Origin: Prorocentrum cordatum
Taxonomy: Eukaryota
Direction of reading: 5' to 3'
NCBI GenBank assembly: GCA_963575745.1
Contig: CAUYUJ010000246.1
Span: 62,001 to 116,389 of the forward strand
Length of the DNA stretch: 54,389 nt
Position numbers and translations under genes: made by a program. The notes beneath the pieces were generated by a model, which saw only the letters and a program-made list of their open reading frames with translations, had not been told where the DNA came from and searched no databases. This document shows, piece after piece, positions 25,426 to 37,979 of this stretch; position 1 is the first letter of the stretch; every line of letters begins with the position of its first letter.

Positions 25426-26645
25426 AACTCGTAGAGCTTCCCTTAGCTAGTTTCTGGAAGCTTAAGAGTAATTCCGGCGCGCTGGAGAGCTAGTTGGCAA
25501 GAAAAATCTCGACGGATCTTTTGCTGACTTTTGGTCGGTTGAAAAATTTGTTCTCGAAATTCAACAATTCGTTTGAGCTCTAGTATTTTTTCCCACCATA
25601 TTCGATCTTATTCCCGCTCGCCATCTTGATCTCAGCTCGATCGGGTAAATATCTTTGCAAAAAAGCGTTGCGACGGGATCAGCTGTTTCGACTCATCTTG
25701 ATACGCGTTGTCGGTATTTTGTACTTAACTCGAGCTGTAGGGCAGCTACAGAGCTCAGTCTCACAGAAACCGATTGCAAATCATCAGGCGCGTCCGTGTG
25801 TTCCATCCAGAGGTCTGCATTTGGTCTGCTGGCCGAGCTAGGTTCGCGAAACTATTCGTATTGTTCTAGTCATCTTGAGAGGTGTTGTCAGTTTTCTGCA
25901 CTTAACTCGGGCTGTAGGGGGGCTACAGGGATCGTACTCACAGGAATCGATTTGGAGACATCAGGCGCGTCCGCCTGCCAAATCCAGAGCTCAGAACTCG
26001 GTGTGCTGCCCGAGCTAGGTTCGCAAACTGTTCGTAATCGTCGAGTCATCCTGAGAGGTGCTGTCGGTTTTCTGCACTTAACTCGAGCTGTAAGGGGGCT
26101 GCAGGGCTGTTAATCACCGGAATCGATTCGGAGACATCAGTCGCGACCGCCTGTCGCATTCAGAGCTCTGAGCTCGGTCTGCTGTCTGAGCTAGGTCCGC
26201 GAAACTATTCGTATTGTTCGAGCCGTCTTCAGAGGTGCTGTCGGTTTTCTGCACTTAACTCGGGCTGTAAGGGGGCTGCAGGGTTGGTGATCACAGAAAT
26301 CGTTTCGGAGACAGCAGGCGCGTCTGCCTGTTGCATTCAGAGGCCTGAACTCGGTCTGATACTCGAGCTAGATTCGCGAAACTATTGTTATTGTTCGAGT
26401 GATCTTGGGAGGTGCTGTCGATTTTCGCACGTAACTCGGGCAGTAGGAGAGCTACGGAGCTCGTGCGCACAGAAAACGATCCAGAAGCATGAGGGGCGTT
26501 TGGCTGTTGCATCGAGAGGTCTGAAATCGCTTAGGCTGAAAAACTATTCGTTCTCTGCAATTTTTTTCGACATTATATATGGTCAGGAAGTTCTACGAGT
26601 CCCCCGGCGGTAAGAAAGGTTGACGGTTTACCGCCGGCGCCCAGT
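25426..26645 (+). mobile_element. Family A element, complete copy
   Basis: AACTCGTAGAGCTTCC directly follows the previous CCCAGT. Right end CCCAGT at 26645. Confidence 0.8.
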
Positions 26646-28262
26646 TGGTCGACCCGACCAGAAAGGACAATGTGACAACTTTTGGGTGGTTTTCCGCAAA
26701 TTTGAAAGATATTTGACCATTTATTTTGAGAAAGCAGATACTTACGCCGAGCATTGGCATATAAACTTTGTTCCCTGAGCAGCTCAGCTCTCTAGAGCAA
26801 GTTTTAGTATTAGTTGACTTCCGGGAACCGACTTCATCTTCACTCCGAAAATCTAAATTTGACGTTTTTTCTGGAAAAGCTCCCAGAAGCTCTCCGCTTC
26901 GATCCTAAGCTTTCTTACGGGTGCAAGAGCTCTACGAGGTTCCCGGCAGTGACCAGGTTGACGGTTCACCGCTGGCGCCAGTCAGGAAAGATTTCCCGTT
27001 CCCGAAGGGTCTCTTCGCTCTCCGGGTACCTCGTAGAGCTCTTCCCTATCGATGAGCTAGACCAGCGCGGGGTGGAGCTAGTTGGTCGAACCGGCCAGAA
27101 AAGAAGATGTGGTGACTTTGGGTCGGTTTTGCGAAGATTCGAAAAATGTTTGACAATTCATTTTAAGAAAGCAGATTTTTCGCACCTGTAGTGGATTATG
27201 CCGCGTCTGCCAGTCAAATTCTCATGTCCGTAGGTACAGTATTACAAAACACTTGGCGGAACCGACGTTGGATAAAAACATAAAAAAAAACATGATTTGT
27301 CGAGTTTTTCGTATCTCGCCCAGAAGCTCTCTTTATCTGTTCCGAGGATCGCCGTGCAAGAAAAGAGCTCTACGAGGTTCCCGGCGGTTACGAGGTTGAT
27401 GGTTTACCGCCGGTTGGGACGGTACCGAGTGGGAATTCAGATTTTTATGCTCTGTAGTGAATCATGGCGCGTTCGATGGTAATTCTTAGGGTTCTAGCTG
27501 CACTAATTCTATCAAAAGATTAGAAGGGACTGACATGCGTAGAACCCAGAAACAACATTTCTCGAGTTTTTATTCAAAAAATGAACAGCTAACGCTTGCA
27601 TGTGTTTTGAGCAGTCCGCGCAGGGAGAGAGCTCTACGAGGCTCCCAGCGGTTATCTGGTTGCCGGTTTACCGCCGGCTCCCAGTCCGAGGACTCAGCTT
27701 TCCGGTGTGTGTTCTCTGTGCACTTCGGATTTATCCCGTTGAGCTCTTCGACCGGTGAGCTCGAGGAATTCCGGCGCGGGATGAAGGTAGTTGATCGACC
27801 CGGCCAGAGGACAATATGGCAACTTTCCAGTTTTGCAAAGATTTGACAGACTTTTCGCCATTCATTTTGAGAAACCAGAATTTTTTCACTTGTAGTGGGT
27901 TGTGCCACGTCTGCTTCTGACATTCTCAGGTCCGTAGCTGAAGTATTCTTATCAAAACACTTGGAGCCACCGGCTTTGGAAAAACATATATGATTTTTTC
28001 GAGTTTTTCAGGTCTTGCTCCAGACGCTTTCTTTATGGCTACCGAGAAGCGCCGTGTGAGAAAAGAGCTCTACGAGGGCCCCGGCGGTAACCTGGTTGAC
28101 GCTTTACCGCCGGTTCTTAGTGGACGCTACCAAGTTCGCATCTTGAGAGCTCTACAGAGTCAGACGGTAGCCTGGTTGACGGTTTACCGCTGGCTCCAGT
28201 TGGCCAACCCGGCCAGCAGCGGACAGTTCGACACTTGGGCGCGGTTGGCGAATATTGCGAAG

Positions 28263-28303
28263 GCCTTACGGCCAGTGCCGCCGACCCTGAAGGGCGACGA
28301 CGA

Positions 28304-28342
<39 letters not shown>

Positions 28343-29240
28343 GCGCTCTCGGGGGTCTCTTGAGGGTAGTTTTGGGGCCTCTTCGGAGGCTCTTGGGGCC
28401 TCTTGGGAGCTTCGTGAGGGCCTCTTGGGGCTTCCTGGGGGTCTCTTGGGGGCCTCTTGGGGCTTCTTGGGGGGCTTCTTGCGGGCCTCTGGGGGCCGCC
28501 CAGGCGCCTCTCAGGGCGAGGGCTCGAAATGTCCGTTCGGCTCCCCTGTCTGGGCTCTCTCTTGGAGCCGTCTTCGGGGCCTCTTGGGCCGTCTTGGAGG
28601 CCTCTTGGGTCGTCTTGGGGCCATCTTGGGTTGTCTTGGGGCTGTCTTGGGGGCCTCATGGCCCGTCTTGGGGCGATATTGGGGCCTCTTGGGCCGTCTT
28701 CAAGCGTCGGGAAGCCGAAAACGCGAGCACTCCAAAAACCGTCAAAAAACAAAGGGAATGCTATGAATTTTGCACCTTGGGGCCTTCTTGGGAGTGCTTG
28801 GGACGTTCTCGAAACCTCTTGAGCCGTCTGGAGGCGACTTTGGCGTGTTCGACCGATAGTTCGGCGATGCGGGGCCCTCGAGGACCGTCTTGGAGCCTCT
28901 TGGGGCACTTTTGCCGCGTCTTGGGTGTTTTCGGGGCCCCAGAACCGCCCGGAGGGGAGGCGTATCTGGGTGGCGACCCCCCCGGCGACCCCCCCCGGCG
29001 ACCCCCCCCTCCCATCCCCCCCCTCCGGTGGGGAAGGGATCAAAGGGAAGGGGCTTCCCTTCGACTCAGCGACAACGTCACTCAATGTCGCTTTGGCTAG
29101 CGCGCTTCAGGATGAGGGCCCATGGAAAAGAGATTGGGGACGACGGAGACGACGAGGAGACGACGGAGACGGAGACAACGACGACGACGACGGCGACCAA
29201 CGGAAGAGCGTCTTCCACACGCCGAGGGTTGGCGGATTTT
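28263..29240. repeat. Unrelated GC-rich interspersed repeat with GGGCCTCTTG decamer arrays and (GACGGC)n tracts, inserted in a family B remnant
   Basis: Abrupt composition change, ~10-bp periodic GGGCCTCTTG/GGGCCGTCTT units, and GAC-rich microsatellites near both ends. Boundaries are approximate. Confidence 0.6.
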
Positions 29241-32200
29241 GACAGATTTAATCGTTTGTTATGTCGCGTCTGTCTCTTAAATTCTCAGATCCCGCTTTCG
29301 TATATGCCAGAAAATCTGTGTTTTCACATAAATTCGAGAAAGTTTCCTGGAATTCTTTGCACTAATTCGCGTGTTAAGAGCCCTACGAGGGCCCCAGCGG
29401 GAACCTCGTTGAGGGTTTGCCGCAGCCTCCAGTACCTCGAGAGCTTTTCGCAACAGGGGCCCGAGAAATTCCCGCAGGGGTGGAGCTAGTTGACCGACCC
29501 GGCCCGGGCGGACAACGCGATGAAACTGGGTCCGTTTTGGGAGATTTGAAAGATTTGATAGAGCTCGGTAAGATAAGCTAAAAGGAATTCAGGCGCAGGG
29601 TGAGCTAGTTGTCCGACCCGACCTTCATAGACAATGTGACGACTTGGGTCCTAGTGCGTTATGCCGCGTCTGCCAACTCAATTCTCAGGTCCGTAGCTGC
29701 GATTACTGTCAAAAGACTTGCTGGGACCGTCGGCCGTTTCGAGTCATCTTGACACGCGTTGACGGCTTTCTGTACTTATCTCGAGATTTTGGAAAGTGAC
29801 AGAGCTGATACTTACAGGAACCGATTCAGAATCATCTGGAGCGCTGAATCCTCAGGCGCGTTCGTCTGTTGCATCCAGCTCGGTCTGCTATTCGAGCTAG
29901 CCGTAAACTTTTGTATTCTTCGAGTTATTTTCACCAGTGATGTTGGTTTCCTGTACTCAACTCAAGATTGCGAGGAGCTACAGAGCTTATACCCACATAA
30001 CCCAATCCAGTATCACCAGGCGCGTTCATCTGTTGCACTAAGAGGGCTGAACTTGGTGCGCTACTCGAGCTACATCCACGACGCTATTTGCATTTCTCAA
30101 GTTCAAAACACTTGGCGGAACCGACGTTGAATGAAAAGAGAAAAACGTGATATTTAGATTCGTTTCTCGCTCGAGAAGCTTCCTTCATGTATTCCGACGA
30201 GCGCTGTGCAAGAAAAGAGCTCGACGAAGTTCCAGCGGTAACCAGGTTGACGGTTTACCGCCCGCTGCCATCTTGACACGCGTTGACGGTTCTCTGTACT
30301 TAACTCGAGATTGAGGAAAACTACAGAGCTGATACTTCCAGAAACCGGTTGAGAACCATTAGGCATGTTCGTCTGATCCCTCGAGAGGTCTGCTACTCGA
30401 GCTAGGTCCGCAAAACTGTTCGTATTATACGAGTGATTCAGGTGCTGTCGGTTTCTGTAGTTCACTCGGGCTGTAGGAGAGCTACTGAGCTGGAACGCAG
30501 ACAAGTCGATTAAGAATCATAAGACGCGTTCGTCGGTTGCAACGAAAGTTCTGAAATCGTCGAGCTAGGTCCACGAAGCAGTTCGTTTTCTTGGAGTCAT
30601 CTTGACAGGTCCTGTTCGGTTTCTGTATTTAACTCGAGCTGTAGGGGGGCTAGAAAGCTGTTGCGTCCACCTAATCGATCGAGAATCATCAGGCGCGTGC
30701 GTCGCAAGCATCTAGAGCCTGACATCAGCCTGCTACTTGAGCTAGGTCCGCAAATCTCTGCGTATTCGACCGTTTTTTTTCGAAATGATGGTGAATTTCT
30801 TCATTTAACTAGAGCTGCAGATGAGATTCAGAGCTCTTCCGCACAGAAATCAAAAGGAAATCGCGAGGCGCGCTAGTCTGATGTATCTAGACGCTTCGCT
30901 TGGGTCTGTTGTTAGCGTAACAATTATTCCTCCATTGCTATTTTTGAGGCGATGGAATTTCTGGACTGAACTCGACCGATCAGCGCCGCGCGAGAACGGA
31001 GCTCTACGAGGCTTCCGGCGGTTACCTGGTCGACGGTTTTACCGCCGGATCCCAGTTGGTCGACCCGGCCAGAAACGAAGATGTGATGACTTTGGGTCGG
31101 TTTTGCTAAGATTTGAAAGATATTTGGCAATTCATTTTAAGAAAGCAGATTTTTCGCACCTGCAGACGACTATGAGAGCCTCTGCGTCTTAATATGAGCT
31201 CTATAGGCACACTTTTACTATCAAAACACTTGGCGGAACCAACTTCACGTCGACATGAAAAAATATGATTTTTGATTTTTTCGAGAAATGCTTCCAGAAG
31301 CTCCCTGTCTCGATTCTGAGCAAACCTTACGCGTGCAAGGAGCTCTGCGAGGTTCCCGGCGGTGACCAGGTTGACGGTTCACCGCGGGCGCCAGTTTGGT
31401 GACCACTATTTTTGGAATTCTCAGGTCCGTAAATATTATTATCCAACGAAAACACGTGGAGAAACCGACTACGTATAAAATTCAACAAACTCAACAAAAC
31501 CACAAAACAAACTGCTAGATTTCACGCTGAGTTTCAAAGCTCTCTCCTGATAATCTCAGCACCAGGTCGCGTGGGAAGAGCTCTGAAGGGTTCCGGCGGC
31601 AACCTGGTTGCGGCCCCCAGTTGGCCAGCCCGTCCAGGGCGGACAATGTGACAACTTGCGATCGGTTTTCTTCACATAGCTCGGCAACGACGAGCTGGAA
31701 AAATTCCAGCGCGGGGTGAAACTTGTTGACTCTCCCGGCCCGGGCGATGGGCAAGAGGAATTCTGGCGCAGGGTAAAACTAGGTGACGGATCCCGCTTGT
31801 GCGGACAATGTGACGACGTGGGTCGGTTTATTCATATTTTGAAAGACTTGACGAGTCGGAACCAATATCTTCATATTTCTAGTGGGTTATGCTGCGTCTG
31901 TCTATGAAATTCTCAGGTCTTCAGCTCCAATATTATTCAAAAGACGCGAAGGAGGGGGGGGGAAACAAAAACAACATCAAACTCATATTCAAGGAAGCTT
32001 TCTTCTCGCATTCTGAAAGCTAATACCGCGGCAAGATCTCTACGAGCGCCCCTGCGGTAACCTGGTTGACGTCTCACCGCCGGCTTCTACTTGACTCGCC
32101 GGGTCCGGGCGGACAATATGACAACCAGGAGTCGGATTTTTCTGCAGTTTCAAAGATATTCAACCGGTCATTTTCAGAACCAAGATTTTTCGCACCTATT

Positions 32201-33989
32201 ACAGCTTATGTCGCTGTTTCCCGTGAAATTCTCAGGTCCGTAATTGCAGCGCTATCAAAAGAGCTGGCGGAACCGACTTCGGATTAAAACTAACAAAAAT
32301 CTCAATGTTCAAGCTGAAGCTGAAGGAAGCTTCCTGCTTGTCTTCCGAGCAGCGCGTGGAAAGAGCGCTACGGGGCGGAATTTGGCTGCCATTGTACCGC
32401 CAGCCCCCAGTTTGAAAATATCTTCAACTGGTCATGGGAGCCAAGATATTCTGCACTTGTAGCAGAGTTTCCCGCGCTCGCCAGCTGAGTTCTCAGCTCC
32501 GTAGCTGCAATATTACTGTCGGAACACTTCGGGGAACTGACTTCGGATTGCAACCGAAAATTGTATTCTTCAAGTTCTCAAGCTTGAACTCGAGAAAGCT
32601 GTCTTCTTGCATTGCGAGCATTGCAACGCGTGCCAGAAGCTCTGGACGGTTCACCGCCGGCCCCCAGTTGACCGACCTGGGCGGAAAATGTGGCAACTTG
32701 AGGTCGGTTGGGCGACTATTGTTGAAGATTTGACCGTTCGTGTTAAAAACTAATAGTCTGCCGCGTAGTCTGTGAGGCCGCTTCTGTCTGTCGAATTCTC
32801 AGGTCTGTAGCTGCAGTATTGCCATCCGAAGACGCGGGGGAACCGATTTTGCATGGCGCCGGCGATGAACCGTCAACCTGGTCACCGCCGGGACCCTCGA
32901 AGAGCTCCTTGCACGCGTAAGAGCGCTCAGAATCGAAGAAGAGAACTTCGCAGAAGAGTTTATAGAAAAACGTCAGATTTGCATTTTTCGGCGTCAACCT
33001 GATGTCGGTTCCTCCAAATGTTTCGATAGTACAACTCTCTCTAGAGAGCTGATTGTCTCTCATAATGAACTTGAAACACTAATGCTGGGCGTAACAATCT
33101 GATATCTCAAAATACATGGTTAAATATCTTTCAAATCGTAACAAAACCGACCCCAGGTCGTCACATTGTCCATTCTTGTCGGGTGGGCCAACTAGCTGCA
33201 CACCGCGACGGAATTCCTCTAGCTCATCGTTGCCGAAGAGCTCTACGAGGTATAACATCCTTAAACATATTTTCTTCGAGTTCTCAAAGCTGATATTCGA
33301 GGAAGCTTCCTCCTTGTATTATGACGACTAATTCGTGCGTGAAAAGCTCTACGGGGGGCCATCGGTAAACCGTCAACCACAGGGGCCTCGAAGAGCTCTT
33401 GACACGCGAAGTAGTGCTCAGAATACGACGGAAAAGCTACTTCAATATCATATTAAATTTCGAATTAGCCTGACGAAGGACCCAAACATGTGCAGTTGCG
33501 AGTACCGCATTGTCGGTGCTGGTTTCTGAAGCTCCTCGGGGGCCACTAAAATTGTGAGAGATGCGCCGGATTCGGTGGCGCGGACGCATGCGGACTGGCG
33601 ACGACGGTGCACTGTCAACCTGGTAGAGCTCCTTGCATGTGTAAAAGTGCTCAGAATCGAAGCAGAGAACTTGTCAGAAAATTTGATGCAAATATTCTAT
33701 GAGGTCGGTTCCCGGAAGTGAGCCGATAGTAAAACTGCATATAGAAAGCTGATTCTCACTCAGAATAAAATTTAAACACTAGTGCTGGACGTGAAAATCT
33801 GATATCTCAAAATAGATAGTAACATATCTTCCAAATTTTAGCAAAACCGAGCCCAAGTTGGTCGGGTCGACCAACTAGCTCCACCCCGCGCCGGAATTTC
33901 TCTAGCTCATCGATGCCGAATTTGGTGGCGCGGACACACTGGGAGCCGGCGGTAAACCGTCAACCTTGTTTTTTTTGGGTTTGCGCGGG

Positions 33990-36900
33990 CTCCAGGGCGC
34001 TGTCCGCAGCGCCGCCCGATTGGGCGCCTAGCGAGCCTAGCAAGTCTAAGCGGAGGGCGCGTGTGAGCGCCTCGGCGGCAGCCACTTCACAATCTGTGAT
34101 CGTGGAGTGCGGTGGTAAAAGAAAGGCACTGGAGGCGATGTCCCTCCAAACGAGGGCATCACGTGGCTCACTCCCTGGGGTCCTCCTGCGGGCTATCTGA
34201 CGAGAGCCGAATGGAGAAGGAGTGGTGTGGTAAGTCGGACCCCACTGACTGTAATCCAAGAAGCTTTTCTGCAGCCAAAAACCACATCCGCAACCGTTGC
34301 CGTCCACTCCCCCATCGTATGCCCCACGATCGGCGACGTGTATAAGATATTGTGACTCAATCGGACTGCATGCAACCTGATTGGAGTAGAAAGTGCGGCC
34401 CTCTCGGGCCAGGTGGGTGAGCTCGTCGGCCCTGGTGTTATCTTCCCTGTACTCATGTCGATCTATGTCCCGTCCTATGTTCGCCGCACGGATGTTCGCG
34501 CGGCAGCTCACCTCGTATATGGTCTCCACACACTCCGCAACTCTGTCGGCATAACCCTGATTATGGCACCTCCACTTCCCTTGGAGCCACGATGAGACCA
34601 GTAGTGAGTCCCCTTGGAGGTCCACGCCTATCCCCTCACTCAAGACGTCCCAAACCGTAGCACGCTGACATATTATGGCCAACCGCTTGTACTGTTTCTC
34701 AAGGGCCTCAGGAGTCGTTCCCTTGGTGGACTGCTTGGCCTCGAACTGGGTGGAGCTCCAACTGGGACCTGTGGTGGCAACATGCCAATATTCAAAGATT
34801 TTGTGCTTGTTGAAGTGCCCCAAGATCGTCCGCCACAACTTCACAAAGCCTGTGTACGAGTCGTCAAAGCCGTCCCACCAGCAGGGTCCCAAGACTTCCC
34901 TATACGGGTATTGCCAGGTCCGTTGACCTATACTCGTGGGACCAAAACGTCTCCTGGTGCCCGAGCGTGCCAGTGAGAGCTGTCCCGGTGCATGCAAAGA
35001 AGATGTCAGGTCGTCTCTCCGAGACGTCCAGTCAGGATTGTCGAGGAGCAAAGTGCCTCGACTGTCCAGAAAGGTACGTGAACACCGTCCGTCCCCTCTG
35101 TCGATCCTCAGTCTCACTTCCCTCCCATCCTCCGTATCCGTCTCCCTGGCAGTGTAACGAGAATGAATAGCAAGCTGACCCTGCACATACTGAGCCACGC
35201 TTTGTGCAACATTGAAACTGCGTGCACATACCAACTGTGTGATAGATTGGAAACCCTCATCACAAAATTGCCGTCGGACGTGGTCCAATCGTCGTGGTCT
35301 CCAAATGTCCCAGCTCTCAGTGGCTGGCTTCCTGCGCCCGAACATAGACATGAGTAGACTCCCCTCGCAGCTGTGCAATAATCGTAGCCCCTCCTGCATC
35401 CAGTGTACAGCAGTCGAGGCCGTAAGACATGACGCTCTGAACTCTCTGTTGATATCTATAGAACTTAGCCCGTGGGCTCACATATTTAAAACGAAGTACG
35501 GTGCATGTGCGAAGAACGCCCTCCTGGCCATCGTGATCCGATGACGAATATCTCCATGTGTATTATCAAACTCTGATTCCACCACCGTGCCTAGTACCTG
35601 CATCTTCGTCACTCTCTTGAGCGGGAAGGGGGCCCCTGCAATATCCACCTCAAAGGAGCACGGTGGGGAGTCTCCTGCAATAATATATTCGAAAGAGTGT
35701 GGTTTCCATGATAAACCCCAGTCTTTGAAGCAAGTGGTGAGTGATGTCAAGAGATACTGTAAATCCTGAGCCGAGGTCGCAACGAGATATATGTTATCCG
35801 CCCACAAGGCATGTGAGTACCTGCACACGTCCATAGATACATCCAAGATGTCCGTCACGGGGTATCCTAGCTGGAGGTCCTCCCAAGACTTGAATAGGTC
35901 AGCACACATCGCAAGCACCACAACATTAAACAGCAAGGGACTCTCTGTGCCCCCCGTACGTCTGGAGCGGTCCCAGGATGTAGTAGCCTCCAAGCCCTCG
36001 AAACATAATATACCCGACGTCCCAACAAGAGGCTCCAGGCTAGCATGTGTGAGCCTAGGGTGGACTTTGAGGGTCTCCAGAGCACGCGCCACAACTTGGA
36101 TCGTAATGTTGTCGAAAGCCTTTTTAATATCGGCCTGCGCAACATAAGCAGTTTGGTCGTTGTTGTTTTTGCCCCAGACGCTCCCATGTTGACATATCTG
36201 TTTGAGTGGCCCCACGATCTCCCAAGGGCTCCTACCAGGGCTGAAACCGTAGTGTCCCAGTCGTTGCAGGTCCCCAGATACCTCCGCCTCCAGTGTAATA
36301 GTGAGGGATGTCAGGTACCATTTGGCAAGACTATTGGCAACGACAATCGAGCGTGTCTCACTCAATGATCGTAACGTGGGTACTTTGGGCATCAATGTAA
36401 TGAGAACCTGTCGCCATGTATCTGGAGTCGGAGAGCATGCACGATAGATAGAGAGAAATGTGGTGTAGATGTGGCGGATAGATCTCCACGTGAGTGATTT
36501 CAACAACTCGGCTGCACATCCGTCGGGCCCGCACGACCTCCCCGTGCGAAGGCGTGCTCTCGCTCTGAGCACAACGGCAAAAGAGAGCTTCGGCGCTGGC
36601 CGACCTGACACATTGGCCTGCTCCCGCAAGCGTCGTAGCAGAGAGAGTTGCTCTGCGCGAGACTGTGCACACGACATGGTTGTCGCCCCGTGTATCTGAA
36701 GCGCATCCTCCCACTTCCACCGATCCTCCGTAACCTCCCCATCCACCTCCAACGATGTAGTCTGAACCCGCTGTGTTTTCCTTCTTCCCTGAAGCTCCCA
36801 AGTAAGTCGGGCCCTGTCGTATTGTCGTTTGTGGGGTCTGATTTGTTGTGCAATGGTTTTCATTTGGGCTCTCTTATCTTGGGGGTCCATGTCGGTGCGT

Positions 36901-37979
36901 GACTTGAGTCTGCGGTACATGGCCTGGAGATCGGCCAACGCCGCCGGCTTGACAGGCGGGGAGCTGACTGCTGGCGGCACAAGATAGGGATCGGCGGGAC
37001 CAGACAAGCACGACCCAATGTCTGCAGGGGATGTGTTGGGAATGCCGATATCCGCGAGAGAGGCGAACTGGGATTGTTGGAGCTGGTCAGAGAAGGGCCG
37101 ACGAGCCGTAGAGGTAGGGCGCGGTTGGGAGCGAGGTCGATATCGAGGAGCGCGAACCTGGGGTCGAATCTCGAACTTGAGGAAGGCATGATCAGAGTAG
37201 TGGCTGTGGACTCCGTCACGCACTCATTTCACTATGGTCTCTCCTCCCCCCCAGGCCGTCGGAGTGCAAACGTAATCTAGCACTTTGCTAGGGCTGGCGG
37301 CTCCCCACTTCCAGTAGGTCGGAGTCCGTTCTGCAAAAGTATTGATGGCACAAAGTCCCTCCTCCCCCATGAAGTGTTCAAAGTGCTCCCTCGTCATCTC
37401 CTCCCTCCATCGTCTGCTCTCTGAATCATTCCCATATCCTCTCTGCCGTGTCATCATGAGTCCCTCCCCCGTGATCTGCTCCCCCCGTGTCGACGCAAGG
37501 TCAGGCGTGAGCTCCGCGTTGGCGTCGCACACAAGAAGCAAGCAAGCGCCTGGGAGCCTCTGCACCGCCTCGCGGCGTATCTGCCGTAGCTGTCGGCACA
37601 TTGTCTCCATATCCGTCGGAGCGTCATCATACGAGCTGTCTTTGAAATAAGCACTGCAGAAGCAAACACCGTTACCGAAAAGCACACCTGCGATCCGATC
37701 TAAGTTAACCCAAGTATGACTTATGTTGCATTGGTACGATGCCCGTACCAGAACCCCTGCTCGGAGACAGCTGGATGGATAACCCAGCCAACCAAGCCGT
37801 CTGATCCCATCGGAGAAAATTAAATGCTGGCACTCCTGGAGGCCAATGACCGCAACTCCTTCATGGAGGAGCTGTCAGCATAGGGCAAATCCTCTAGCAT
37901 CACGGCGACCAGCCCTGGCAACATTCATGGAACCTGCCGCGAAAGGCTTGTTGCCTCTGTCCGCGCTCTCGCGGCCCCC
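33990..37979 (-). pseudogene. LINE ORF2 (APE endonuclease, RT, permuted RNase H) with in-frame stops and frameshifts
   Basis: APE motifs SMNV, GLQE, SAY, CDANA, LDY, SDH. RT motifs GPDG, LMPK, YGFSPGRS, ADIKKAFDNI, RTGGTESPLLFN, WADN. RNase H motifs GDSLLV, REDNTRADEL, YDGG..GCGFW, DCEVAA. Stops at ~37876, 37224 and 35478. Confidence 0.9.

Larger units (their letters stand above)
1..32750 (+). mobile_element. Nested cluster of non-autonomous Helitron2/Helentron-like (HINE-like) elements, families A and B, mostly + orientation
   Basis: Dozens of copies. Left ends are (A/G)ACTCGTAGAGCTTCC (A) or ACCTCGTAGAGCTCTT (B). Right ends are GGAAGCTCTACGAGT or AGAGCTCTACGAGG, then hairpin CCGGCGGT(A/G)A..GGTTGACGGT..T(T/C)ACCGCCGG, then CCAGT. 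Copies insert at a T with no longer TSD. The superfamily call is by structural analogy only; no Rep/Hel ORF is present. Confidence 0.75.

Noticed and set aside
27990..29489. Long overlapping Gly/Leu/Pro/Arg-rich ORFs
   Set aside because: They are open in several frames on both strands because of stop-poor GGGCCTCTTG decamer repeats.
196..33529. Numerous 60-190 aa ORFs in the repeat modules
   Set aside because: Frames and stops are not conserved between homologous copies; these are chance translations of non-coding repeats.
1..33900. Integron-like cassette array with attC-type hairpins
   Set aside because: Modules have no cargo ORFs, interrupt each other at internal T sites rather than at a fixed recombination point, and there is no integrase.
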